Positions 25,693-38,682 of a stretch of DNA of 64,000 nt are shown piece after piece. The notes beneath the pieces were generated by a model that searched no databases, had not been told where the DNA came from, and saw only the letters and a list, made by a program, of their open reading frames with translations. Source of the stretch: the human T2T-CHM13v2.0 reference genome, Homo sapiens; NCBI RefSeq assembly GCF_009914755.1, contig NC_060943.1. One strand, given 5' to 3'. The translations under genes were made by a program, and so were the position numbers. Numbering within the stretch: the first letter of the stretch is position 1; each line of letters opens with the position of its first letter.

Positions 25693-26261
25693 AAACTAAA
25701 GACAGAAATACCACTCGACCCAGCAATCCCGCCACTGGGTATATACCCAAAGGGAAATGATTCATTTTATCAAAAAGACACATGCATTCATGTGTTCACT
25801 GAAGCACTGTTCACAATAACAAAGACATGGAATCAATCTATGGTAAACTGGATAAAGACAGTGTGGGACATATATGCCGTGAAATACTATGCAGCCATAA
25901 AAAAGAATGAGATTATGTCCTCTGCTGTAACATGGATGGAGATGGATGCCATTATCCTAAGCGAATTAACACAGAAACAGAAAACCAAATATCACATATT
26001 TTCACTTATAAGTGGGAGCTAAACATTGGGCCCACATGGTCATAAAGATGAGAGCAACAGACACTGGGAACTACTAGATGGGGCAGGAAAAGAGGGGGCT
26101 GAAAAATCATCCACTGGGTACTATGCTCACTATGTGGGTGATGGGATCATTTGTGGCGCAAACCTCAGCATCGTGTAGTATACCCATGTAACAAACCTGC
26201 ACCTGCGCCCCTTAATCTAAAATAAAAGTTGAAATTCTTTTTCTTAAATTAAAAATTAAAT
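25693..26261 (+). mobile_element. 5'-truncated L1 (old L1PA/L1PB 3' end)
   Basis: ORF2 C-terminus remnant (KYYAAIKKNEIMS..WMEM..IILSELTQ), 3'UTR, AATAAA; TSD TGGTCTTTGG at 25683 and 26266. Confidence 0.92.
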
Positions 26262-26676
26262 AAAATGGTCTTTGGCATTTGGGGCCTATTATATTAGTTT
26301 TTAATAATTTTTTTTTGTATCCCTAGTTTCTTAAACCAAAAAATAGAGATCTATGTGCTGGTTGCCAAAATACTGTTAAATACAAGGATAAACCAATTTA
26401 AAGGAACATTTAACCACTTAAAGCCAGAAACCGTCCTAGATTAAAACAGCAGGAGGAAGGGAAATCTGATCTGCATACTTAAGTGAGGGGCCTTGACCTG
26501 CCCTTTCTAAAGCACCACTTCCCCCTGTCCCCACCACACCTCACTCTCAGGGACTTTTTCCTACAATTATTTGGTGGCCTCCTCTCTCTTCATGAAATGG
26601 TCCCTCCCTTAATATCTCAGGTCCTGGCTCGGGTAACAGCTTGTCAGTGAAGCGTTTCCTGACAAGTGCATATAAA

Positions 26677-26865
26677 ACACACACACACACACGCATGCAC
26701 TCACAGGCGCTCACTCACACATGCACTCTCTCACACATACACACTCAACACACACAGATACATGCACACTCACACACACATACACACTCAACACAGTCAT
26801 ACACAGAAATGCACAAGCACACACACGCACACTGTCTCTCTCTCTCACACACACACTTACACACG
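26677..26865. repeat. Degenerate (CA)n
   Basis: Direct inspection. Confidence 0.93.
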
Positions 26866-27035
26866 TGCACTGCGTTCCCTGCCTGCGTCATGGTTTTCCA
26901 TGGTCTTTGTTTGGTTCCTCTCCCCGCAGGCTACACACTCCATATGGCCCAGTCTCAGGAATCCAGAACACTCCGGCACCCAAAGATGATCTTTATTATT
27001 GTTGCTGGAGAATGGGTGTCTCAAGCCAGGAGACG

Positions 27036-28231
27036 GGGACCCACCCTTTTCTCTATGGGGAACCCTGGAACCCTGGAAACACACCATTCTCTGTGAGGGG
27101 AGGTATGGGGACCTGCCCTTTTCTGTGAGGGGGACCCCAAGGACACGACCTCCTCTATGTAGGAAGCCCTGAGAACTCACTATTATCAGTGAGGGGAACC
27201 CTGGGGACAAGCCCTGTTCTGTGAGGTAAGACCTGTGGACCTGCTCTTTACTGTGAGGGGAACCACTGGGACCTGCCCTTCTCTGTGAAGGCAGTCTCAG
27301 AGACCCAAACTTTTCTGTGATGGGAGCCCTAGGGACCTGACCTCCTCCGTGAAGGAAGCCCTAAGGACACGCCCTTTACTGTGAGGGGAACCCTGGGGAC
27401 CTGCCCTTCTCTGTGAGGGGAGCCCCCAGATCGGCCTTCTTTAGTAAGGGAAGCCCTAGGGATCCACCATCCTCTGTGAGGGGAATTGAAACCTGCCCTC
27501 ATCTGTGAGGGAAACTCTGAGGACCTGCCCTCCTCTATCAGGGGAGCCCTGAGGACCCACGCATTTGTCTAAGGGGAACCCCAAAGACTCGACCTCTTCT
27601 GTGAAGAAAGGATCCACCATTTTCAGTGAGGGGAACCCTGGAGACCAGCCCTCTTCTGTGAGGAAGGACCTGGGGACCCACCCTTTACTGGGAAAAGAAC
27701 CCTGAGGACCCACCTGCCTCTGTCAGGGGAGCCCTGGGGACCTGCTCTACGTTGTGAGTGGAACCCTGAGAACCCACCCTCCTCTGTGTTGGGAGCCGTG
27801 GGGACCCACCAGTTTCTGTGAGGGGAACCCCAAGGACCTGACTTCCTCTGTGAAGAATCCCTAAGGACCCACCATTTTCTGTGAGAGGGACCCCAGGGAC
27901 AAGCTCTCTTTTGTGAGGAAAGACCTGGAGACCCACCCTTTTGTCTGAGGGAAACCCTGGGGACCCTCCCTGCTTGTGTGAGGAACCCCAGAAGTTCACC
28001 CTCCTCTGTGAGGGGAGCCCTGGGTACCCGCCCTTCTCTGTCAGGGGCTCCTAGGGACCTGCTGTCCTCTGTGAGGGAAACCCCAGGACCTGTCCTTTTC
28101 TGTTAAGGGAACCCCGAGGACCCACCTTTTCTGTGAAGGGAACCCCGAGGACCCGCCCTCCTCTGTGAGGGGAGCCCCGATGACCCGCCTTTTTCTGTGA
28201 AGGGAACTTGGGAACGCGCCCTCATCTGTGA
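27036..28231. repeat. Diverged GC-rich minisatellite, ~32-bp unit, roughly 37 copies
   Basis: Approximate consensus GGACCCRCCCTYYTCTGTGAGGGGARCCCYGG; period 32 between 28150 and 28182. Confidence 0.93.
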
Positions 28232-28927
28232 TTGCCTCTGCCTGGCAATGAGCTTCTATAGAAGGGCAACTCCTCTTTGCCCTTCCTCATGACGTGGCCC
28301 TCCTGGTGAGGAGCCTTTTTTAGGATTTACCCCTTTTTTTTAGGATTTACCCTGGTCTTCTGCATGGCCCTTTCTATCTTGTCCTTCCCCTGGGCAGCCC
28401 CTCCTCAGTGACTCGATGTCCCCCTTGAACTTTCCTGTCAGAGTCTGCAGGGGTCACAGAAGGGGTGGACGCTATCCTGCCTAAGGCCAGGACCATGACC
28501 CTCGAGTCCAGGAGTCTTACGGCTGACAGTGGGGTCAAGCAGGGGAGGCGGGGGAGCACCTGAGGCTTGGACCTTCCCTTCATGGAGTTGTTAAAACTGC
28601 ATGGGGACTTCAGGTGACAAATCCAGGAAGCAGCAACCGTCATTCAGAGCCAGCAGTTGGCACGCTAAAGAAATCCTGGGGTCTCTGGGTGGTCTGGTAT
28701 GGATTACCTCTGAAGCCCCGCTCTTTCTGTGTTGGTCCTGTTTAAACCTCCACACTGAAACTCGTTTTTGCTCTGACCATTATCAATATGGAACACAGGT
28801 GTGGGCTGAGCTGGGCGGGTTGATGAGAGCTGAGGGGAGGACATGCTGACATTAGAAAAGTCTCTGAGATTAGAACAAGCCCCTGGTCCACCAGGAAAGG
28901 AAACAGCAATGCCAGAAAGGCAGGAGA

Positions 28928-28997
28928 ATCTGGATTCGGAGAGGACCTATGTCAGTTTCTAGATCTGGATTTGGGGAGGACCTATGCCAATTTCCAG
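28928..28997. repeat. 35-bp tandem duplication
   Basis: ATCTGGATT(C/T)GG(A/G)GAGGACCTATG(T/C)CA(G/A)TTTC(T/C)AG x2. Confidence 0.85.
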
Positions 28998-29059
28998 GTG
29001 GACATAATGAAAACTGCAGGGTCCGCTTCTACATCCCTGGTGTTGGATCTCCACAAAAC

Positions 29060-29540
29060 CTAGAACAGTGGCCTGGAACACTGGGATGGTTGTAGTCCCT
29101 CAGAGTTTAGGCTGGCCGGAACTGCACACACAAAATTGTCAATCGTCACTCCCAACTCAGGACTGGCAGGCACCACAGTCTCCATTGCCCAGGACAGTGC
29201 AGACACCACAGTCCCACACAGCCCAGGACAGTGCATACGCCACAGTTCCCCATGGCCCAGGACGGTGCCGACACCACAGTCCCACGAGGCCCAGGACGGT
29301 GCGGATGCCACAGTCCCACACGGCCCAGATGGTGCACACATACCCTTCCCTTATTCTCCAGGAATGGGCAGACCCCACAGCACCTCACAGTCCAGGCCTA
29401 TGCACACGCTACATTCCCCACAGCCCAGGTCTGTGCAGATGCTGCCTCCCCTCATAGCTAGGACCAGGCAGACGTGGGAGTACCTCGCACTTTATGAGTG
29501 GGCAGACATTGTAGTGTCTTCCAACTCAAGACTAGGGCCA
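29060..29540. repeat. 34-bp minisatellite (core 29188-29335, degenerate flanks)
   Basis: CCCAGGAC(A/G)GTGC.GA..CCACAGTCCCACA..G, period 34. Confidence 0.88.
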
Positions 29541-30329
29541 GAGGGATAAGGAAGTGGCTGAAAGAGGCCTTGTGATCAGAACTGCGAGCATTCAGAGTGT
29601 GTACATAATGGCTGAAGATCAGTCAGAACCCCGTAGCTCTGCAGATGTCAGTGTGGACAGAGGATGCCCAAAGGATAAATTTTTTTCTTCCCAAGACTAA
29701 TATTTAAAAGTCACATGAGTCTTGCAAAATTAAATAACACTCTAGGAAAAATTTCTGGATTCATTGTATCTGGAATTAATTATGATGATCATTTTTGCAA
29801 AGATTGTTATAGAAAAAATAGATTTTTATCCTTGTGCACATTTGGATTTTAAGAAATTAGAAGAGCCAGTCTTCAACATCGTCCTGGGCTCCATAATCCC
29901 CTTGCATCCATGTTGGAAGTTCCCACTGGGAGCACACGGGGAAGGGTGCCCTGAATGTGCCTTTCTGCCACCTGCTCTGGGGACTGTCCCCATTGCCAGG
30001 GAACTTTGGGTTCTTTACCCCTCCATAGGCAAAGGAGAACCTTACACAGAAATCAGCCTTCTGTCCTCACACAGTAGCCTCATCACAGGGCTTCCAGGGG
30101 CCCTCAGGCAGGTGGGTGCTGAAGTTTCCCCCTAGATGATCAGCAGCCTGCTTCCACCCGAAATCCAGTCCCCCTGGCTGCCTGTGACAAGAGAGCCCTT
30201 CATGCTGAGTGCTGCTCTCATCGCACCTTTTTCTCTCCGTGTTTAGACAGAGAGAGTGGATTCATGTTTGATTAAACAGTGTGGGCCCAGGAAAATCAAT
30301 TAGCAAGCAAAGTGATCCACAGTAATCAG

Positions 30330-30530
30330 GATCAGTGCCATCTACTAAGCTCCCACGATGTGCGAGGTCCCATATAAGGGCCTCACTGTATCATCTCCCT
30401 TAATCTTAATGAGATGAGATAGATAGTATTATCTTTCTCACTTTACCAATGAGTGAGAGGGCAGAGAGAGGTTAATGCAGAATTGCTAAGTATCTGATCA
30501 GGATTTGAAAGCAGGGGTTTGCAATTCTGT
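30330..30530 (-). mobile_element. MIR
   Basis: GTATTATCTTTCTCACTTTACCAATGAG...CAGAGAGAGGTTAA...GGATTTGAA. Confidence 0.55.
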
Positions 30531-31309
30531 AGACCTTGCACTACACTTGTGGGGCAGAGCCAGGCATCCCTCACATCTTGGTGACCTCAGGGAGTTGCCA
30601 GGATTGGAGTCCAAGACCCACCCTTGTTGGGGTTGGGGGGCAGCTTGTGAGCAGCCTGGAATGAGCCCCATGATTGATCGCTGCACCTTCCTTCCCACAA
30701 GTGGGTAATTTGGTCTCCTTCTTTGTTGCAGTTTTTGCTTTTGTTTTTTAATTTGAAATAACACCATCCAGTTGGCAAAGCCTGTGGGGAGAACCATTTT
30801 ATTACTTTTTCTAAATATAACGGGAAAAAGTTGCTGACCCAGAGCTCTGTGGCAGGAACAAATTGTGCAAGTTCTGTTAAGAAGAGGATAGATGTGCACC
30901 TGGGACTGCAGAGAGGGGCTCCCAGAATGGGCTTCTGCCAGAGGCTGATGTCCACATTGTGTTCTCTTCCAACGCAATCATCACGTTAGACGAAGCATGA
31001 GAATTTTTCATCAGCTGTGTTTAAACTTGATGATGCTACTTGCAAAGGAGGGGCTTTGAGTCCCAACTCAAGTCATACTTCCTCTGGGAAGCATTCCTGG
31101 AGTTTCATCTGCCCAAGCACCAGCATTCTGCATTCAGAGGTTCAGTATACACTGTCTCACACTGGCGCTGTCTTTAGTATCTAACTGTCTCTCCAGGTTG
31201 TTTTCCTGGGAGGCAGAAACTGGCTCTCACCTTCTTTTGCCCACACTGTCAGCACCTAGAAGTGCCTGGCATGTTTCAGCCCTCAGCAGTCACTTGTTTG
31301 GTAACAGTC

Positions 31310-31460
31310 ACCTGAATGTCAAATCTTGCTCTGTAAATGAGAACAGTAATACATATACACCCTTTAGGGCTGTTGGGAGGATGAGGGACAAAGCATAAAA
31401 AGCATTTATCACTTTGCCTGTATGTAGTAGGCAATTAATTAGTGTTGACTATTATAATGT
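31310..31460 (+). mobile_element. MIR 3' part
   Basis: CTGTAAATGAGAACAGTAATAC...TAGGGCTGTTGGGAGGATGA...TAAAAGCATTTA. Confidence 0.6.
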
Positions 31461-33085
31461 GTTTCAGAAATGAATAGCTGCAAACAGAGCTCAAGTTGTC
31501 ATCCCTGTGGGAGTGGGATTATGTCTCCTGGAACTCTATGGAGGTCAGTCTCCTGTGTCATCATTTAACTTTCTTATCGATCTGAATCCACCCGCCGATG
31601 AGACCTTCTGGTGATGCTGCCCTGGAAGGTGTAATTAAAATTAAAGCAAAACCAAAGAAATACATTAGAAAGGAGAGAAGCAAGGGCTGGGAGTGACAGG
31701 GAGGCAGGTTGGAAATGCAAACGAGGCTGTGCTAAAATAGTCTCCACGGCTGGGAGAAGGAAGAAACCATCCAGAATCTAAGGGTTTTCTAAGAAACGGT
31801 AATGGCAATGAGGAGGGCCGCTGGGGAGGACTCACAGATCTAGGTGAACCAGGTCTGTCGGGAGCATTTGCCGTGTCTAGTGGCCCAACTCACTCATAGT
31901 ATAGAAGGCAGGAGGGGGTGGAAGAGATGGAGGGGATGGCAGGAGATCCCAGAAGAGGTGAGTGTGTTGTGTTTTTCTATCTTCAAGGTCAAACATATGG
32001 TCTCCCAGAAAACCAACACCAACTCCAGGCTTAGTCCACACGCTCCAGGTAGGCTCTGGGGCCCTCTGGTTCAAGGCGCCTGGAGCAATCAGCCCTTCAG
32101 ATACCCCTGGAGATGGTGATTACTTCATGGCACATCTTGTAACCCAAGCCGGTCCCATGAGAATGTCCCCAGGATGAGCACAGGTGCTACTGAGAGCAAT
32201 GACTTTTTCCCAGTGGACTGGATGCTGGGGGGATGGGGAGATGGTGCCTTTTTAAATCCTTTATCCAAAAGCTGAAGCCCGAGACCTAGGCTGGGAAGCC
32301 GGGTCAAGAGATAGACATGAAGCTCCAGTGACTTTTTTTTCTGAGTCCCTGGATCAAACCACACCTGAAAGTCACATATGTGTTTGGTTTTCTAGTTTTA
32401 TGAAGCAGTAAATCTGCTTTGTTCTTGACCAGTTTGTGGTGAATTTACTTTGGACACTAAGCGTTCTGAGGCCCCAGGCCCCAGGAGGGATACAGTAGAT
32501 TGGTTCACCCGACATCTGTTCTAGTCCTTTCTAGTGGGTGTTCCTTTACTGCAGGGGTGGGGGAAGCAAAACTCCAACTCCAAGGCCCCTCCCAGCTAGG
32601 GCTCTGTATCTGATTGAGGTTCCACCAACCAGGTGTCCTATGAGACTTGACTTGCGGCCAAGTTGCATGAAAGAGGGGAGGCAGCCGTTTCGCTGGTGTG
32701 TTTGCAGCAGGTGCAGAGGCGCTGCTTGATCCCCGTATCACTGCCAAGCTGGTGGAACCTGGAGCTAGTGCTTAGGATAAGACATGACGATTCACCTCCT
32801 GTGTGATTATAGCAAAAGCAGCATGCAGTTTTCCGGATGGGCCAGTTCTGCGGTGAGGTCCTGGGTCCCAGTCCTACAGAGCCTGCCCCTGCAGGCCTTC
32901 CAGGGGTTTTGGAAGCGCCTCATTTCCAGTATTCGCCCCCTTTTCTTGAAATAGCTGGAGTGGTTTCTGATTCCTGCATCAGTATCCTGACTGATACAGC
33001 AGCAATTCTGCCTTTGGACACGGTGTTTGCTTTCCGTAGTCAGGCGTTAGCACGTCAGGCTCCCCCGACCTTGGGCGTCTTACTG

Positions 33086-33099
33086 CCTCCAGGTGGCAG
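33086..33099 (+). promoter_or_regulatory. Candidate CTCF motif (weaker)
   Basis: CCTCCAGGTGGCAG matches 13 of 14 positions of CCASYAGRKGGCRS. Confidence 0.35.
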
Positions 33100-33853
33100 G
33101 AGGCTAGTGACTGCTCCCTGAACCCCCAGAAGTATAGATGGACCATATTTGTGATGTGGTTCCCAGCTGACCCAGATTTGGAGTGGAGGAAGGAGAGATG
33201 AGGAATGGAGGTGGGTGCAAAAGGATAAATTGACTGAACTTGAAAAGAGAAAATGCTGCCATTAGCATGGGCCATTCTCCCCGTGTGCCTCCTCGGGGTT
33301 TGTGAAGAACAGGAATTAAGTCGTTCTGAGCAGCCTCCACAGAGTTATCCTAAAGGCAGATATACCCGGGGTTCTTTGGCCATGGTGCATGCCTGTCCCA
33401 CTCCAGAGGAGGAAGACAGCAGGCTGGAGGTGGGTTTGGGTTGTTTCTCAGGAATCACAATTTGGGATCCCTGGTACAAAGCCAACTTCCTTACGATTTC
33501 ACACGGAGTGATTGGCACCACCCATGCCCATATCAAACAGCTAAAAACACAGCCCCAGGTATGTTCCAGCTTTCTGGGTCTTCTCAGATATATGGGTTGT
33601 TCCTGAGATCAAGGACAGGGCACTGTGTTCTCTCAGTGTAGTTGGGCCCCTATATTTGACACTTCTTTTACATTTGATTTCAAGCTCCAAATAAAATCCC
33701 CTACATATAAAGGTTCTGCAGATTCACTGACTGGATGCCCTCTTGACTTCCTGCTAGCGTGCCTTACTGTACAGTAGGACAATGGTCTCTGAGAGTGGGC
33801 TTTGAAACAGCAGGCTCAGCATCACCACGGAACTTGTTAAAAATGCAAATATA

Positions 33854-34486
<633 letters not shown>

Positions 34487-34616
34487 ACACAAGCCTCACC
34501 CCAAACCTTATGAAATGTTAGCTTTCTCACAGGGTTATTGCAGTGATTAAATTGAAACAAGATGTGTAACACATCTAGCCAAGAATCTGCAGTTACAGGG
34601 CTGACACTCTTTGGGT

Positions 34617-34752
34617 CTGTGTGTAAGGGTGCATGTGTGTGTGTATGTACGTGTGTGTGTGCATGTATTTGCACACGTGGGTTAGTGTCTGTGTGTGTGT
34701 ATGTGTGTGCATGCGTGTGTATTTGTGTGTGCACTTATGTATGTGTGTGTAT
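34617..34752. repeat. Degenerate (TG)n
   Basis: Direct inspection. Confidence 0.92.
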
Positions 34753-34979
34753 TTAGGTCACTGCGCACACCCTCACCTCTGTCTGCGATGGCTCTCTTTG
34801 TCCATGATGGACCTGTATTCATCTTTCAGAGTTTTACTCAAGCATCCTTTGGTCTATTTGCCTGTGAGCTCTTGTCTTGTCTTACTCCCCCCGCTTGTAC
34901 TAGCCCCTCTCCCAGAGCTTCCTCCCTATCCACATTCCTTGTTTGCATGAGTAGAGTAATCCCTGTGGCTAGTCTGGGA

Positions 34980-35420
34980 CCCATTCACCCTTCTCCTGCT
35001 CATGGCATCCTGGTTTTATTTTGGGAAATTTTGTGCCACCCAGTCCTAATCCGTGTGGTGTGGTGGGATTGATCCTACAGCATATTGTCTGGGCTGACCA
35101 ATCTTATTCTACTTCAAGGCCACAGTGATTGATTCACAAGTGAGCACGGGACATACGTGGGTCCAAGGCGGGTAGGTCTCTAGATCTGGGCTTGAAATAT
35201 TGGCCCATTTTTGGTTGGGATGGGAGAAATCCTGCCCAAGCACAAAGCCAACTTTGAGTAAAGCAGAAGGAGGCAATGGAGACCAACTCCCGGCTCTGAA
35301 TGCCTGAATCTGTCAGTGACCACCTTTTAGACCCTGTGAGTGTGTAGCTGTGTGAATTAACCAAGACCTCTTTTTGTAAATTTTAGGGGATTTTGTTCTT
35401 GTGTTGTTTTCCCAAGTCAC
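34980..35420 (+). mobile_element. Old MaLR LTR (MLT1K/L-like)
   Basis: GGCCACAGTGATTGATTCAC...GAGCACGGGAC...GGTCCAA motif. Confidence 0.4.
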
Positions 35421-36496
35421 TGTGATTGTGGTTTTTTCCCCTTGAAAAAGAACGAGTTGGGTTTCGTGACCCTGTTAAGGGACCTGGTCTTACAAATGCC
35501 TGGTTCCTGCAAAGTCCTCGGTCTATGGTAGACCCCCAGGAAGTGCTGAATGATGGAATGAATGTCTACCAAAAGAGAAGGGCTGAGATCTTTTCCTTCA
35601 GCCTTTTCTTCACCTCTTCAGCATGCATTCATGCGGCACTGCCCATGCTCCAGGCTTCTCTCCACTGTGCAATTTGCCTGGCTGACAAATTCCCCTGACC
35701 ACCTCAACCTGCACAGTATCTGTGAGATCTCAGGGGATGAGCAGAAATGTCTGCACCCAAAGGCCAAGTAAGGCCCCTCCACAACCCTCTGGGCTGAAAG
35801 TTGTTGAGTTCAGATGGCTGTGCCATGCAGCTGTCTGCTAACCATGCCCCATAGAGTGGAGCAGACACTTGTAAAAACGTCCCTCTGAAACTGGCTCTGT
35901 ATGGCCCCAGCAGGAATTAATTTGCTATTGTAAATGAGATTAACCAGCCTGTCTTCCAAAACTCATTTTTCCATCAGATGGTGAGGTGACTGGTGGCCAA
36001 CCTACTGGGGGATGTTTTGGAGAGGGGGGAGCTCTCCACAGAAAACGGCCTTCTCTGCCCATTAACTTCTTTTTGAATTAGGATTCCTCTTCCACACAGC
36101 AAATGTTGGCTCAAGCTTTTGGGCAGCTGCAGGACTGCAGTTAGTTAGGGGTAGGAGGCCCACCTGGGATGGGCTTCTGGCAGCTCTCTGAAGGGTGGAG
36201 AACATGACCTGGATGTTCCTGCCTGAGGAAGGAACCATGGCCACAGACTGGGCCCTTTTTCCTGCTGCTGGTCAGGGGACTTAGAAGCCCTCCCCGAGTC
36301 TCTGGAAATCTTGGATCTGAACTCCAGGCTCTGGGCTTCTAAGCCGTGCCTCCCGCTCCCCTGTCACCTGGTGGGGAATATGGGATGAGGGAGAAGACAG
36401 GGTGAGGCTGGCACAACGGGGAGAGGGTCGGAGGAAAGGATGCCAGTGATGTGCTTCAGACCTTTTCTAAAACCACAGGTTGAATTGTTGATTTCT

Positions 36497-36637
36497 GGTC
36501 AGGTGTGGTGGCTCAAGTCTATAATTCTAGCATTTTGATAGGCCAAGGAGGGAGGATCACTTGAAATCAAGAGTTTGAGACCAACCTAGGCAACATGGTG
36601 AGACCCAATCTCTATTTAAAAATAAAAATAAAAAACT
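36497..36637 (+). mobile_element. FLAM / AluJ left monomer
   Basis: Single arm followed by an A-rich tail; degenerate TSD TGTT(G/A)ATTTC. Confidence 0.85.
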
Positions 36638-37096
36638 AAAGTGTTAATTTCCAAAGCCATGTGTCTGTCTCCTTAGAAAACCTCTCAAACTCACTGGAGC
36701 AAACAGCACCTGTAGACTCAGCGCGGGAGCGCCTCTTCCCTCTACAGCTCCACAGACATCACTGCACTCCCAGCAGCACAGGCAGGAGCCTGCACCAGGA
36801 AAAGCTCAGGGATGTGCTGGCCCACTCCTCTCCTCTGACCCTTGAGGACCCAGGTCTAGGGGGGATTAAGAAATATGCCATAGGAAAAATAAATGCAAGA
36901 GCTGAATGGAACTAGAATCTCTGTCGCTGGACTCCTAGCTCAGTCCCTTTCAAGCTGTTATTTAGGATTATCATCGGACTGCCCTGGGCCTCCAATTTTC
37001 AGGAGTTTTTCACCCCACCCAGAGTTTTAAGGCACTCATTGTGAATTACACAAATCATGGATGTAGCCCTGCTAGCGCTAAGCAATAAGTTGTCCT

Positions 37097-37115
37097 GCAT
37101 CGCCCCCTGGTGGGC
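37097..37115 (-). promoter_or_regulatory. CTCF-binding motif
   Basis: Minus strand GCCCACCAGGGGGCGATGC; core CCACCAGGGGGCG is identical to the canonical CTCF core; lies in non-repeat sequence with its CpG retained. Confidence 0.7.
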
Positions 37116-37439
37116 TTTTGAGCTATAGTCATATTAAATATATTACATTTCTAGGAAGGACTGAAGTGGCTGGACCCTACCTCTGTGATACCTTAATTCC
37201 TCCAAGACTGTAAGACGGTCGGCTCCATCCACGCACTCCCTCTCTCCCACCTGTGTGGAGCGCCCTTCTCCTTTCTCAAACTGGATTTGATTATTATCCC
37301 AACCCTAGTTGCCTTTCTCAGGCACTCAGTTCTCTTTCACTGAAGCTCTCAGCAGAGTGTGGATCTAGGTGCACTGTGCTTCTATTGGTTTCCACCTTAG
37401 CTGGGCTGCCTTCTGGAAACAAGAACTTGGCTGTTTTAA

Positions 37440-37443
37440 AAAA

Positions 37444-37520
<77 letters not shown>

Positions 37521-38263
37521 CACACACATATACATATACATACATACATATATATATATACATATATATATACATATACATACATACACACACATATATA
37601 CAAGCATGCGGTGTATAATAATCCCATCAGGGTAAGTGGGGTGTCCATCACCTCAAGCATTTACCTTTCATTGTGTTATAAGCAAAATACTCTTAGTTAT
37701 TTTGAAATGTACAATAAATGATTGTTAACTGTAGTCACCCTGTTGTGCTATCAAATACTAGATTTTATTCCTTCTATGTTTTTATACCCATTAACCATGC
37801 ACACTCTCCCCTCCCCCAACCCTTCCCAGCCCCTGTAACCATCCTTCTGCTCTCTATCTCTGTGAATTCAATTGCTTTACATTTTTAGCCCCAACAAATA
37901 AGTGAGAGCAGGCAAAGTTTGTCTTTCTGTGCCTGGCTTATTTCACTCAACATAATGACCTCCAGTTCCATCCATGTGGTTGCAAATGACAGGATCTCAT
38001 TCTTTTTAATGGCTGAGTAGTAAGCACTCCATTGTGTACATGGACCACATGTTTTTTATCCATTCATCTGTTGGTGGACAGGTTGTTTCCAAGTCTGGGC
38101 TATTGTGAACAGTGCTGCAATAAAAATAGGAGTGCAGAGATCTCATCAATAGCCTGATTTTCTTTCTTTGTGGTCTATGCCCAGCAGTGGGATTGCTGGA
38201 TCACATGGTAGCTCTATTTTTAGCTTTTTGAGGAACCTCCAAACTGTTCTCCATACTGGTTGT
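37440..38263 (-). mobile_element. 5'-truncated L1MA (L1MA2/3-like) with a (TA)n(CA)n microsatellite at its 3' end
   Basis: CCATCACCTCAAGCATTTA, TTCCATCCATGTGGTTGCAAATGACAGGATCTCATT; degenerate TSD AAC/GTT.G.TGTTTTAA at 37424 and 38264. Confidence 0.9.
37445..37601. repeat. (TA)n(CA)n compound microsatellite
   Basis: Direct inspection. Confidence 0.96.
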
Positions 38264-38682
38264 AAGTTTGTTGTTTTAACCTTATCACTGGATACTTAGC
38301 ACTGGGCACAGTGCTAGGGCGTAGATAAGGCACTCAAATATTTCTTCAAGGGAGGGAGCAAGGAAGGCAAGGAGGCCAGAACACTCGCCTTGGACATCCT
38401 TGAACCCTCACCACACCTGATGTACAGCCTGGAAGAATAGCATTAAATCATGGATGGACAAGCAGATGGATGAAGAAATGACTTTCTCCTGGGGCTCCCT
38501 CCTGTCAAACTCCCACTTCTAATCTCCAGTGGCACAGGCCCCTGTCCTGCCCTAGCACCTGTCCAGGTCTAAAGTGGCAATCCTGGGACCCCATTGCCTG
38601 CAGTTTCCTGATGTGTTTTTTGCATATATTTTTAAAGACAACGGAACCCAGAGATTGGGTATCCTATTTTTTGGTTTAAAAC

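Noticed and set aside
25792-26022. L1 ORF2-like peptide
   Set aside because: C-terminal remnant of a 5'-truncated dead L1.
27036-29540. CRISPR-like periodicity of 32-34-bp units
   Set aside because: Units are head-to-tail without unique spacers, there are no cas genes, and the context is primate DNA.
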